Counted from the first letter of the stretch, positions 8,493-17,592 are shown. The stretch is 64,000 bases of DNA from an uncultured Bacteroidales bacterium (GCA_946407975.1 CAMJQC010000005.1:5526-69525), one strand, 5' to 3'. Numbers and translations are program-made. Notes: generated by a model not told the origin, from the sequence alone.

Positions 8493-9284
8493 ATGATTCA
8501 ACTGAAAGACAAATGGGCTATCGTCACTGGCGGGGGCACCGGCATAGGCCAGTCCATCGCCATGCACTTGGCTAAGGAAGGATGCAACCTCGTCCTGACG
8601 GGACTCGGCATCGACGATCTCAATAAAACCAAAGAAAGCTGTGAAGCCATAGGTGTGAAAGCCTTTGCCACTGAGACGCGGCTCGACGACTACGCTTCCA
8701 TCGACCAGCTCTATGAATACGTGACGGGGTTGGGCATCAGCCTCGACTTGTTCGTACTCAACGCAGGCATCTCACAACGTGAGAAAGCCTTAGAAACCGA
8801 TTTCAGCGTAGATGAGAAAATCATGAAGATTGACTTCATGAGCGGTGTCTATCTCGTCAAACGGTTCAAAGAGATGATCAAGTCGGCGAAACACGTGCAG
8901 TTCAGCGTGACCACTTCCCTGTCGGGTCTCTTTGGCTTCCCCTATCGTTCGGCTTATTGCGCTGCCAAGCACGCCCTGTTTGGTTTCTATGAGTCGCTAG
9001 AGCTGGAGTATGACAACATCAATGTCACCTTCCTCATCCCTGGCCGTATCAACACGCAAATCAGCAAGAGCGCCTTGCATGGCGATGGCACCAAACACGA
9101 CAAGATGGATGCCGGACAAGCCACAGGCCTCAGCGTAGAACGATGTGGCGCCATTGCCGTGGGTGCCATCAAACGGCAAAAGCACCGCAAGCTCATCGGC
9201 AAGAAGGAACTGCTCATGGCCTATATCCACAAGTACTGCCTGAGCCTCTACTACAAGTTGGCAAGAAAAGTATCAGCAATGTAA
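8493..9284 (+). CDS. Short-chain dehydrogenase/reductase (SDR)
   Basis: The ORF track begins at 8382. ATG 8493 (MIQLKDKWAIVTGGGTGIGQS) lies 21 nt after a TACCTTTG box. Motifs: TGxxxGIG and catalytic YCAAK. Confidence 0.8.
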   Translation: MIQLKDKWAIVTGGGTGIGQSIAMHLAKEGCNLVLTGLGIDDLNKTKESCEAIGVKAFATETRLDDYASIDQLYEYVTGLGISLDLFVLNAGISQREKALETDFSVDEKIMKIDFMSGVYLVKRFKEMIKSAKHVQFSVTTSLSGLFGFPYRSAYCAAKHALFGFYESLELEYDNINVTFLIPGRINTQISKSALHGDGTKHDKMDAGQATGLSVERCGAIAVGAIKRQKHRKLIGKKELLMAYIHKYCLSLYYKLARKVSAM

Positions 9285-9296
9285 AAACATAAATCC

Positions 9297-10364
9297 ATGA
9301 AAGAAAAAGTCATATGTGGCATACAGCAGGTCGGCATCGGTGTCAGCGACGTCATCGAGGCCTGGAAATGGTATTACGACCATTTCGGTTATGAAGTGAA
9401 GATCGTCGACGACGAAGGCGTCGCCGAACGCATGCTCCCCTACACGGGCGGCAAACCGCAGCCCCGTCGGGCCATCATGGCCTTCAACATCCGTGGTGGC
9501 GGCGGCTTCGAGATCTGGCAACCCAAGGAACGCGAGCTCAACTACCTGAAGGAACCCGTCCGCTTGGGCGACCTTGGCATCCTCATCGCCAAGATCAAAA
9601 CCAGCGATATCGAGAATGCCTACAAGACCTTCACGGCACGCGGGCTGAACGTCATCACCCCTATCGCCACTGACCCCACAGGCATCCGTCATTTCTTCCT
9701 GAAAGACCCTTACGGCAACCTCTTCCAGATTGAGGAAGACGACTATGTCTTCATCAACGAGAAAAAAGTCACCGGCGGTGCCAACGGCGTCATCCTTGGC
9801 GTCAGCGACATGGAAAAATCCATCGCCTTCTACGGCCAGCTGCTCGACTACGACAAGGTCGTCTTCGACCAAAGCGGTGTCTTTGAAGACCTCAAAGGCA
9901 TTCCTGGTAGTGAAAACCGTCTGCGCCGTGTCATCCTGGAACGTTCCAAACCCATCCAAGGGCCCCTAAGTCAGGTGATGGGCACCTCGCATATCGAACT
10001 GGTGCAAGGTCTCGACGTGCCGGGCAAGAAACTCTATGGAGGCCGTTACTGGGGCGACCCCGGTTTCATCCACCTTTGCTTCGACGTGCGCAACATGGAA
10101 GCCATCCAGGCGCAGACCGAGGCCATGGGGCATCCTTTCGTCTGCGACAGCGGATTAGATTTCGACATGGGCGACGCCAACGGCCATTTCACCTATGTGG
10201 AAGATCCCGATGGCACCCTCATCGAGTTCGTGGAGACTTTCAAGGTGCCGATTTACAAGAAACTCGGCATCGTGCTCGACATGACCAAAAAGGACGATTA
10301 CAAACCGCTGGGCATTATGAAACTGCTGCGTTTTGCAAAGACAAAACGGGAGAATATTAAGTAG
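9297..10364 (+). CDS. VOC (glyoxalase/bleomycin-resistance/dioxygenase) family protein, two-domain
   Basis: 355 aa. Two repeats of the VOC beta-alpha-beta-beta-beta pattern (GIGVSD...DPYGNLFQIEE and ILGVSD...DPDGTLIEFVE). Starts 12 nt after the SDR stop. Confidence 0.65.
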   Translation: MKEKVICGIQQVGIGVSDVIEAWKWYYDHFGYEVKIVDDEGVAERMLPYTGGKPQPRRAIMAFNIRGGGGFEIWQPKERELNYLKEPVRLGDLGILIAKIKTSDIENAYKTFTARGLNVITPIATDPTGIRHFFLKDPYGNLFQIEEDDYVFINEKKVTGGANGVILGVSDMEKSIAFYGQLLDYDKVVFDQSGVFEDLKGIPGSENRLRRVILERSKPIQGPLSQVMGTSHIELVQGLDVPGKKLYGGRYWGDPGFIHLCFDVRNMEAIQAQTEAMGHPFVCDSGLDFDMGDANGHFTYVEDPDGTLIEFVETFKVPIYKKLGIVLDMTKKDDYKPLGIMKLLRFAKTKRENIK

Positions 10365-10408
10365 CCCTTAACCATTAGCCATTAGCTGATGGTGGCAAAT
10401 AGCTACGG
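10362..10408. repeat. Family B post-stop repeat (TAGCCCTTAACCATTAGCCATTAGCTGATGGTGGCAA...)
   Basis: Starts at the TAG stop of the VOC gene. Contains tandem CCATTAG and GCTGATGG. 16 of 19 positions match the sequence that starts at the TAG of the RelA/SpoT gene. Confidence 0.7.
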
Positions 10409-10432
10409 TTGGAAATGTTGAGAGAGTAATAG

Positions 10433-10462
10433 AGAGACGTCACATTGTGGCGTCTCTTTTTT
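10433..10462 (+). terminator. Rho-independent terminator after the VOC gene
   Basis: AGAGACG...CGTCTCT stem followed by TTTTTT. Confidence 0.6.
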
Positions 10463-10474
10463 GTTGATATTATT

Positions 10475-10503
10475 GTAGAGACAGTGTTTGCGCCGGTCTC
10501 TAC
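10475..10503. repeat. Family A hairpin repeat GTAGAGAC-N13-GTCTCTAC
   Basis: Same 8-nt arms as the 2767 palindrome. Intergenic. Confidence 0.8.
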
Positions 10504-10530
10504 AAAACAAATAGATAACTAATATGACGG

Positions 10531-10556
10531 TCAGACGCAATGAATCGCGTCTCTAC
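10531..10556. repeat. Degenerate family A repeat (minus strand GTAGAGACGCGATTCATTGCGTCTGA)
   Basis: The arm AGACGC/GCGTCT and the GTAGAGAC end are retained on one side only. Confidence 0.6.
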
Positions 10557-10562
10557 ACAAAC

Positions 10563-10591
10563 AAAAAAAGAGCCGGCTCGCGTCGGCTCTT
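10563..10591 (-). terminator. Rho-independent terminator after the distal skp gene
   Basis: Minus strand: AGAGCCG...CGGCTCT stem followed by TTTTTTT. Confidence 0.6.
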
Positions 10592-10615
10592 CAGTGTTAT
10601 TTAAAACCAAATGTG

Positions 10616-11131
10616 TTATTTGATTCCGAGTTTTGATTTCACGTCTTTGGTGGCGTCAACGGCACTGGCACCAATATAAACGGCGGTACCCGTAGCAACA
10701 TCGAGGATATAGGTGTAACCTTTCTCCGCACCAACGTCATTGATAGCCTTCTGGATCTTATCCAAAATAGGTTTCAGCAATTGCTCACGCTTAGCTGCGA
10801 ATTCGTTTTCTGCATTACCCTGGAATTCGGTGATTCTACCCTGAAGGTCAATGATTTCTTTTTCTTTTGATTGTTTCACAAGATTTGACATTGTGGCTTG
10901 ATTGGCCTCATAGTCCTGCATCTTGTTCTGATATTCCGTAGCCATCACTTTCAACTGGCTTTCAAGTTCACCATAGTACTTTTCGAGATCCTTCTCTGCT
11001 CTAGCTTTCTCAGGCATTGCATCGAGGATTTCAGCCGTATTGACATGAGCGATTTTAACTTGTGCGCTGGCCATTCCACTCATGGCGAAGAAAGCGACAC
11101 AGATCAATAAGAATTTAGATACTTTGTTCAT
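10616..11131 (-). CDS. OmpH/Skp family periplasmic chaperone
   Basis: 171 aa. Signal peptide, long coiled-coil region, position downstream of bamA. Confidence 0.8.
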   Translation of the reverse strand: MNKVSKFLLICVAFFAMSGMASAQVKIAHVNTAEILDAMPEKARAEKDLEKYYGELESQLKVMATEYQNKMQDYEANQATMSNLVKQSKEKEIIDLQGRITEFQGNAENEFAAKREQLLKPILDKIQKAINDVGAEKGYTYILDVATGTAVYIGASAVDATKDVKSKLGIK

Positions 11132-11172
11132 TTTATGTAATTTAAATTGATTTCACTTGTGAATTTGAGCGA

Positions 11173-11180
11173 CAAAGATA
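11173..11180 (-). promoter_or_regulatory. -7 box TATCTTTG upstream of the distal skp gene
   Basis: Exact TAnnTTTG match on the minus strand, about 41 nt before ATG 11131. Confidence 0.4.
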
Positions 11181-11258
11181 GTCTTTTTTTTTAAACGGCA
11201 ATGAATATTGTTCAAATCGACATCTGAATCATCTCTTTTCAGTTACAATTAATATGGC

Positions 11259-11930
11259 TTATTTTCCTGATTTTCCGCCTTTTCCACCTACAGAAGGAGT
11301 CTGGCCTTTGCCACCTGATGAAGGAGCAGCCTGGCCTTTGCCTGAAGTACCGGTGGAAGCAGCAGCTCTTTTTCTATCCTCACGGCGGACCGTCTGCATA
11401 ACGTTACCCAGCTGGTCAAGGACGTCATCACTGATGTCGTTCTTGTCGTTAGCATAGAGCAGAGAAGTGCCAGAAGCCAAATCAAAGATGAAAGCATAGT
11501 TCTTTGTTTGAGCAATTTCGTTGAGTGCAGTATAGATTTTTTCTTGAATAGGCTGCACCAATTCGGTACGCTTCTGATAGAATTGGCCTTCTGAGCCGAA
11601 ATATTGCATCTGCAGGTTCTTGGCTTCCTGTTCCTTAGCAATGATAGCTTGCTCGCGGGCGCGCTTCTGATCTTCGGAAAGCAACACCATCTCAGTTTGG
11701 TATTTGTTGTACATTTCCGACACTTTTTCATAGACGGCCTTAATCTCATTCTCCCATCTCACCGAAAGGGCATTCAGTTCTTCCTGAGCATCACCGTATT
11801 CGGGAATGTTGGCCATGATGTATTCCGAATCGACATAAACTATTTTTTGGCCTCCACCAATCTGAGCGAAGCCGATGGCTGTACAGCACAAGACGGCTGC
11901 AGTCAAAAACAATGATCTTAGAGTTTTCAT
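11259..11930 (-). CDS. OmpH/Skp family periplasmic chaperone with Gly/Lys-rich C-terminal tail
   Basis: 223 aa. Signal peptide, coiled-coil core, tail GKGQAAPSSGGKGQTPSVGGKGGKSGK. Confidence 0.8.
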   Translation of the reverse strand: MKTLRSLFLTAAVLCCTAIGFAQIGGGQKIVYVDSEYIMANIPEYGDAQEELNALSVRWENEIKAVYEKVSEMYNKYQTEMVLLSEDQKRAREQAIIAKEQEAKNLQMQYFGSEGQFYQKRTELVQPIQEKIYTALNEIAQTKNYAFIFDLASGTSLLYANDKNDISDDVLDQLGNVMQTVRREDRKRAAASTGTSGKGQAAPSSGGKGQTPSVGGKGGKSGK

Positions 11931-11988
11931 ATATTATTCTATTAAGTTTGTTTCCTTTTGCAAGTGTACAACAATCGTTCCAAAATCA

Positions 11989-14649
11989 TCAGTCGATGGA
12001 ACCGCCGATGGAGAAGTGGAACTGGCTGCCGCCTGCGTCGGACACGCCATAGACGTCGTCGAAGCCATAGCCCCAATCGAGGCCAAGCAGACCGAACATG
12101 GGCAAATAGATGCGCACGCCCAGACCAGCCGAACGTTTCACGTCGAAGGGGTTGAAGTTCTTGATGCCCATCCAACAGTTACCTGCTTCAACGAAGGTCA
12201 AGGCATAGATGGTGGCTTGCGGGTTGAGGGAGAGCGGATAACGCAGTTCCATAGTGTAACGCGTGTAAACGTCGCCGCCCGTCATGCCTGTGTTGGTCGT
12301 GTTACGAGGTGTCAGCGACTCGTTCTTGTAACCACGCATACCGATGATTTCGCGGCTGTCGAGGGAATAGTTATTCAGGCCATCACCACCGAGATAGAAT
12401 CGATGGAACGGTGTCGTGCCAATCTGATTGTTATAGTGACCGAGCAAACCAAAACGGACACGAGTCATCAGGACAAGCTTGTCGTATAGCTCGGTGTACC
12501 AAGTGGCTTTAAATTTCCACTTGTGCATCTCGATCCACTTGTATTTCTCGTTCTCATCCAAAGTGGAATAGTCCTTATCCGTAAGAAGGGAATACGGCGG
12601 CGTCAGCTCGAGGGAGAGCTGCACCTCAGAGCCCGTACGCGGATAGATAGGCTGGCTGACAGAGTTACGTCCGATCACAATGTTGTAACTGATAAAGTTG
12701 AACTTGCCATTGCCATCCCCCACGTTGATATAGCTGTTCTGATAGTTTTTCAAGCCATAACGGACGACGTTGAAACTCTGATACAAGGTGAAATAGTCAT
12801 CGGGCCAGGTCAAACGCTTGCCCAGACCGATGGTACCGCCGGTCATCTTGAACCAACCGTAGTTTTCGGAAGTCCTGGACTGTCCATTGGTATAGAAAGA
12901 CTGGTGCAACGACACCGTCAGGGCATTGGGTTTGCGGCCGCCTAGCCAAGGCTCGGTGAACGAAAGTCCGTATGAGAGGTATTGTCTACCCAGCGTCGAC
13001 AAGTTGATGCCGAGTTTCTGGCCGTCGCCGCCCGGGATGGGACGCCATGCGTCTTTGTTGAAGATGTTACGCATGGAGAAGTTGGAGAACTGAAGGCCGA
13101 GTTGTAGCATCAGGTAACCCCAGCTATAACCTGCGGAGAACTGAATCTGGTCGGCAGCCTGTTCTTCAACAGAGTAATCTATATCGACGGTGTTGTCCTG
13201 GTATTTCGGTTGCACGTCGGGATTGATCGTCTCTTGCTTGAAGAAACCCAAAGTGGCCAGCTCACGGACAGAACGTGTGATGTCGCTTCTGCTAAAGAGC
13301 TGTCCAGGCAAAGAATAAAGTTCACGCAGCACCACATAGTCGTTCGTCTTGGTGTTGCCACTCAGCGTGACGTTGCTGATGCGGGCTTGCTCGCCTTCGT
13401 GGATGCGGATCTCTAGGTCGATGGAGTCGTTTTCCACCAGCACTTCGACGGGATTGATCTGGAAGAACAGGTAGCCGTCGTCGTAATAGAGCGAGCTGAC
13501 GTCGAGCGAAGTCTCGCTATAGTTCAGGTTTGTGTTGAGCAGCTCCTTATTATAAACGTCGCCTTTCTTGATGCCGAGGACTTGACTCAGCGCCTCGCTG
13601 CTGTATTTGGTGTTGCCCGTCCAGGTGATATCGCGGTAATAGTATTTATGCCCTTCGTCAACCGTGATGTCGATGCCTATGTTACGGTCGTCAATTTTAT
13701 AGACGGAGTCGCTAATGATACGGGCGTCACGGTAGCCTTTGGCGTTGTATTTCTCGACGACCTTTTTCTTATCGTCTTCATAGTTGCTTTCCTTGTACTT
13801 GGAGCTCTTGAAGATACGCGGACGGTAGTTGTCGTAGAAATATTCCTCCACGCCAGTGACAGCCCGCAAAGGCTTAAAAGTGACCACATCGGCGATGGTG
13901 TTGACAACCAAGGGACCCAGCGGGTCAAGCGGGTCGAAATGACCACGCTGCTTTGTCTCTTTCATAGCAGCTTGCAGCTGTCCGTCAGATAGGGCTTCAT
14001 TGCCGATAAAGTCGATGTTGGCGATTTTCACCTTACTGCCTTTGTTGACGTTGATGATCATATCAACGTAATTCTCACGGGCGGTATCAGCCACCTGCTG
14101 GATGTCGATGTCGGCATTGAGATATCCCTTGTCGTAGTAGTAATTCTCTATGATGCGGCGCGTTTTGGTAAGCAGATGTTCGGTAGCCACATCGCCACGC
14201 GACAGGTTGATCTGATTACGGATTTCGTCCGCTTCGTTCTTCTTGACACCCTTGAATGAAAACTTTGACACACGTGGCTTCTCTTTGACGACAATCTGGA
14301 GAAACACTTTGTCGCCCACGAAGTCGGTAGCATTGATGGCGACATCCTCAAAAAGCCCTTGATCCCAAATGTCGCGGATGGCGTTGGTGATTTCATCACT
14401 TGGAATCTTGACACGGGTTCCCACACGAAGTCCAGAAAGCATAGAGAGCACACTGGCATCGACGTATTTGGCACCTTCTACAGTGATGCCACCGATTTCG
14501 TATTCTATCGGTCGGGAATAATCGACATCGGAGAGGTCGTTGCCTACCTGAATCTGTGCCTGAAGGGCGTTGCCAAACGGCAAAAGCAACAGCACTGAAA
14601 GCGTAAGAAGGTAATATTTCAAAGGTAGAAGTCTTTTCATCCGTTTCAT
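11989..14649 (-). CDS. bamA: Outer membrane protein assembly factor BamA
   Basis: 886 aa. Signal peptide, POTRA-repeat N-terminal half, C-terminal beta-barrel ending ...GGSQFHFSIGGSID. Its ATG shares one base with the uppS stop (TAATG). Confidence 0.95.
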   Translation of the reverse strand: MKRMKRLLPLKYYLLTLSVLLLLPFGNALQAQIQVGNDLSDVDYSRPIEYEIGGITVEGAKYVDASVLSMLSGLRVGTRVKIPSDEITNAIRDIWDQGLFEDVAINATDFVGDKVFLQIVVKEKPRVSKFSFKGVKKNEADEIRNQINLSRGDVATEHLLTKTRRIIENYYYDKGYLNADIDIQQVADTARENYVDMIINVNKGSKVKIANIDFIGNEALSDGQLQAAMKETKQRGHFDPLDPLGPLVVNTIADVVTFKPLRAVTGVEEYFYDNYRPRIFKSSKYKESNYEDDKKKVVEKYNAKGYRDARIISDSVYKIDDRNIGIDITVDEGHKYYYRDITWTGNTKYSSEALSQVLGIKKGDVYNKELLNTNLNYSETSLDVSSLYYDDGYLFFQINPVEVLVENDSIDLEIRIHEGEQARISNVTLSGNTKTNDYVVLRELYSLPGQLFSRSDITRSVRELATLGFFKQETINPDVQPKYQDNTVDIDYSVEEQAADQIQFSAGYSWGYLMLQLGLQFSNFSMRNIFNKDAWRPIPGGDGQKLGINLSTLGRQYLSYGLSFTEPWLGGRKPNALTVSLHQSFYTNGQSRTSENYGWFKMTGGTIGLGKRLTWPDDYFTLYQSFNVVRYGLKNYQNSYINVGDGNGKFNFISYNIVIGRNSVSQPIYPRTGSEVQLSLELTPPYSLLTDKDYSTLDENEKYKWIEMHKWKFKATWYTELYDKLVLMTRVRFGLLGHYNNQIGTTPFHRFYLGGDGLNNYSLDSREIIGMRGYKNESLTPRNTTNTGMTGGDVYTRYTMELRYPLSLNPQATIYALTFVEAGNCWMGIKNFNPFDVKRSAGLGVRIYLPMFGLLGLDWGYGFDDVYGVSDAGGSQFHFSIGGSID

Positions 14650-15395
14650 TATTTAGGATCAATTTGTTCGCTGGTCTTGCCGAATCTACGCTCCCTATGC
14701 TGATAATCGATGATGGCTTCGTAGAGATCTTTCTTACGGAAATCGGGCCAAAGCACTGGGGTGAAATAGAGTTCGGAATAGGCCAGTTGCCAAAGCAGGA
14801 AATTGCTGATGCGTTCTTCACCACTTGTGCGTATCATCAGTTCGGGATCAGGCATCCCTGCTGTGGACAGATAGGTATTGAGGGTATCTTGTGTTATCTT
14901 ATTTGCGTCGAGGTGGCCGGCGGCGACCTCAGCAGCCATCTTACGGGCAGCTTCAGTGAGATCCCAGCGACCCGAATAGCTGAGGGCTATGTTCAACGTC
15001 AAGCCTGTACAATCCTTTGTGTCGTCGATAACCTGCAGCAGCTGTCGGTAGTTTGTCTCTGGCAGGCTCTTGAGATCGCCGATAGCGTTGAGGCGGACGC
15101 CGTTCTTCTTTAAGGAAAGCATTTCATCGTTCATGGTCTTGGCAAACAACGTCATCAGTCCGCTGACCTCGAGGGCGGGACGGTTCCAATTCTCGATGGA
15201 GAAGGCATACAGGGTAAGGTATTCCACGCCCAGTTCGGCGCAGGCCTCAACGCTATCGCGCACTGCCGTGATGGCGTGCTGGTGGCCGAAGAGACGCTGA
15301 TGTCCGCGCTGTTTGGCCCAACGTCCGTTGCCATCCATGATAATGGCAATGTGGCGCGGTAGTTTTTCCTTAATAATCTGTTCCTTCAGTTCCAT
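14649..15395 (-). CDS. uppS: Isoprenyl transferase (undecaprenyl diphosphate synthase)
   Basis: 248 aa. Motifs HIAIIMDGNGRWA and RTSGEERISNFLLWQLAYSELYF. Confidence 0.95.
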   Translation of the reverse strand: MELKEQIIKEKLPRHIAIIMDGNGRWAKQRGHQRLFGHQHAITAVRDSVEACAELGVEYLTLYAFSIENWNRPALEVSGLMTLFAKTMNDEMLSLKKNGVRLNAIGDLKSLPETNYRQLLQVIDDTKDCTGLTLNIALSYSGRWDLTEAARKMAAEVAAGHLDANKITQDTLNTYLSTAGMPDPELMIRTSGEERISNFLLWQLAYSELYFTPVLWPDFRKKDLYEAIIDYQHRERRFGKTSEQIDPK

Positions 15396-15398
15396 GGT

Positions 15399-16244
15399 TT
15401 AGAAATTGCTCAAGTTACAACGGGTCTTACGCGGCATGTTGAACTTCCAGGTCACCGACAAGTTAGCCATGCCATACCAATCATCGAAGATGGAATTGCC
15501 ACGCTGCATGAAAGGTTGATAATTGCCCGTAGGATCGGTCATATCGGTAGGCGTTCCGCCTTCCGGAGTATAGGTTACATTCTGTTCAGGATAAACCGTA
15601 CCGCAGTCGTCGAGATAATCGGTGAAGGTCTTATGCATCTTTATTTCAGCTGCCACTCCCAGATGTTTCGTAACACCCCACTTGACACCAAAACCAAAAG
15701 GAATGGAAAATGATAAAGGAACAGGCAACTCCCAGTGATATTTCCCGATATCCAAAACGGGATAGGCTGTACCTTCGGTGCTCAAAGAGCGCAGATCCAC
15801 GAGCTTTCCATCCACCTTACCATAAGGCTGAAAAAGGAATACCGAGATGCCGCCAAAGAGATAAGGCGAGATATTCCGCTTGACATCGCCAGTATAGTAT
15901 TCAAGGAAATTAAACTCCACGATAAGGCTCACGTCATTGATTTTCGTCAGAAAACTCAGACCGCGTTCAGGGCGCCAGCCGCTGGCCTCATCAGAGGCTG
16001 TGACGACAGCATGGGTATAGTCGAGACGATAGGTCCAACGGGGGTTGTAGTTGAATCGAAGCAAACCGCCATAGGCTAACTGCGGCTGGAAAAAGAACTT
16101 GGTCGGATTGATGTCGCCCATGTAAAAACTGCCCCCGACATGAGGACCTATTTCGAAAGTCTTTGGGTCATCAAATTGGGCAAATGAGGGCACTGTAAGA
16201 ATTAGACAGGTGATTATCAGTATAATACGACTTCTTTTCAGCAT
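15399..16244 (-). CDS. Outer-membrane beta-barrel protein (DUF6089-like)
   Basis: 281 aa. Signal peptide and alternating aromatic strands. Sits between nadK and uppS, as in other Bacteroidota (recalled, not searched). Confidence 0.5.
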   Translation of the reverse strand: MLKRSRIILIITCLILTVPSFAQFDDPKTFEIGPHVGGSFYMGDINPTKFFFQPQLAYGGLLRFNYNPRWTYRLDYTHAVVTASDEASGWRPERGLSFLTKINDVSLIVEFNFLEYYTGDVKRNISPYLFGGISVFLFQPYGKVDGKLVDLRSLSTEGTAYPVLDIGKYHWELPVPLSFSIPFGFGVKWGVTKHLGVAAEIKMHKTFTDYLDDCGTVYPEQNVTYTPEGGTPTDMTDPTGNYQPFMQRGNSIFDDWYGMANLSVTWKFNMPRKTRCNLSNF

Positions 16245-16299
16245 ACTTCAATCATTTCATTCATGCCCATGGCAGCAAAACCATAAGGCATAAAGTTTG

Positions 16300-16307
16300 C
16301 AAAAATA
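16300..16307 (-). promoter_or_regulatory. -7 box TATTTTTG upstream of the DUF6089-like / uppS / bamA genes
   Basis: Exact TAnnTTTG match on the minus strand, about 55 nt before ATG 16244. Confidence 0.35.
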
Positions 16308-16337
16308 GGAAAATTCTCCTTACAGAAACGGAAAAAA

Positions 16338-17216
16338 TCAGTTTCTATTGTCTTTACCCCACATCAATTTATTGCGGATGGTGCTGAAAAAATCGCCATC
16401 GTTAAGTCTGAGCATATTAATGCAAAAATCAGCCTTGCGCACTGTAAGCTCTACCGAAGTATCAAGAGCGCAGGTGCGTGAGTCCATGCTGAAAACGAAC
16501 TGCTTCTCGCGACCTTCCACTTGGATGCGTATAACGCTGTCGTCGGGAATGACGACGGGACGTACCGTAAGGTTATGTGTAGCTATGGGCGTGATGACGA
16601 AGTTGTGCGAGTCAGGCGTTAGGATAGGTCCTCCCGCACTCAGCGAATAGGCCGTTGAGCCCGTAGGGGTGGCGATGAGAATGCCATCGCCCCAGTAAGT
16701 GTTGAGATAAGTGTCGTTCACAAAGACCTTGATGGCGAGCAAGGAATGCTCGGGATTACGGATGACATTGAGTTCATTGAGCGCAAATTTCACGTCACCG
16801 AAAACATCGTGAGGCGAGATCAGTTCGAGAAGGCTGCGTTTCTCCAGATGGTATGCTCCGCTCATGACACTCTGCACAGCGCTGTCAATCTCGTTTTTCG
16901 AGACGCTTGAAAGAAAGCCAAGCCTACCCATGTTGATACCCAAGATGGGGATGCCCGAGTCCTTCACGAGGGGCACAGCATCAAGGATGGTGCCATCACC
17001 ACCAATGGAGAACAGCAGTTGAGCCTGAGCCTTGAGTTCATCGTAACTGGAAAAGGTGGTGAAAGAAGCATCGGGAGAAAGACAAGGCTTTACCTGCATC
17101 AAGTAAGGTGCATAGACGCTGAGGCTGGCGCCTGCCTGCTGAAGGACAGAAAGCAGCTGACGCATGTAAGGATGGTTTTCGGGAGCGAGGCTTTTGCCAA
17201 AAAGAGCGATGGTCAT
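16338..17216 (-). CDS. nadK: NAD kinase
   Basis: 292 aa. Motifs SIGGDGTILD, NMGRLGFL, ATPTGSTAYSLSAGGPI. Confidence 0.9.
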   Translation of the reverse strand: MTIALFGKSLAPENHPYMRQLLSVLQQAGASLSVYAPYLMQVKPCLSPDASFTTFSSYDELKAQAQLLFSIGGDGTILDAVPLVKDSGIPILGINMGRLGFLSSVSKNEIDSAVQSVMSGAYHLEKRSLLELISPHDVFGDVKFALNELNVIRNPEHSLLAIKVFVNDTYLNTYWGDGILIATPTGSTAYSLSAGGPILTPDSHNFVITPIATHNLTVRPVVIPDDSVIRIQVEGREKQFVFSMDSRTCALDTSVELTVRKADFCINMLRLNDGDFFSTIRNKLMWGKDNRN

Positions 17217-17242
17217 GTTTTTGAACAGTTGTATTGAAGGGA

Positions 17243-17250
17243 CAAAGGTA
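17243..17250 (-). promoter_or_regulatory. -7 box TACCTTTG upstream of nadK
   Basis: Exact TAnnTTTG match on the minus strand, 26 nt before ATG 17216. Confidence 0.5.
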
Positions 17251-17260
17251 ATGTTTTTTT

Positions 17261-17325
17261 GTTAACCGTTAACGGGCTGATGGCTGCTATTGGCTATCAG
17301 CGGTCAGCGGTCTGCTGTCAGCAAT
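17261..17325. repeat. Family B-related low-complexity repeat (GTTAACCGTTAAC GGGCTGATGGCTGCTATTGGCTATCAGCGGTCAGCGG...)
   Basis: Shares GCTGATGGC with the other family B copies. Contains a TTAAC palindrome and reiterated CAGCGGT. Confidence 0.55.
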
Positions 17326-17584
17326 CATTAATCCGTTGTCATTCTTGAGCTTTTACCTTGTACGGATATCCTTTATTTTGGGACCGTCACATTATCGCAA
17401 GCTTCGTTACCCCGTGTTGTGGCATGGGGGCCCGGTCCGAATCATTCCTTCGATTTGCCGACATCACACCTCATTTGCGACAGAATCTCTTTACGGCATC
17501 GCAATGGCTCAACCCGCAATTTCTGTCTCGTCACATACTGAAAAAACATTTTTCCTCCCCTATTGCAAACATCATTAAAAAACG

Positions 17585-17592
17585 TATTTTTG
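17585..17592 (+). promoter_or_regulatory. -7 box TATTTTTG upstream of the 282-aa secreted protein gene
   Basis: Exact TAnnTTTG match, 38 nt before ATG 17631. Confidence 0.45.

Noticed and set aside
9273-9959. 228-aa minus-strand ORF overlapping the VOC gene
   Set aside because: It is antisense to a gene with a recognisable two-domain VOC pattern. Its Asp/Val/Gly-rich composition is typical of antisense frames in GC3-rich genes.
10431-10591. Possible CRISPR-like array of GAGAC-containing hairpins
   Set aside because: There are only three related hairpins, with irregular spacing and unequal lengths. There are no unique spacers of constant size and no cas genes in the window. They fit dispersed REP-like hairpins and terminators better.
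11254-11457. 67-aa Pro-rich + strand ORF and apparent repeat in the skp tail region
   Set aside because: It is the antisense reading of the Gly/Lys-rich C-terminal tail of the Skp paralogue. The DNA repetition simply encodes GGKGQ-type repeats.
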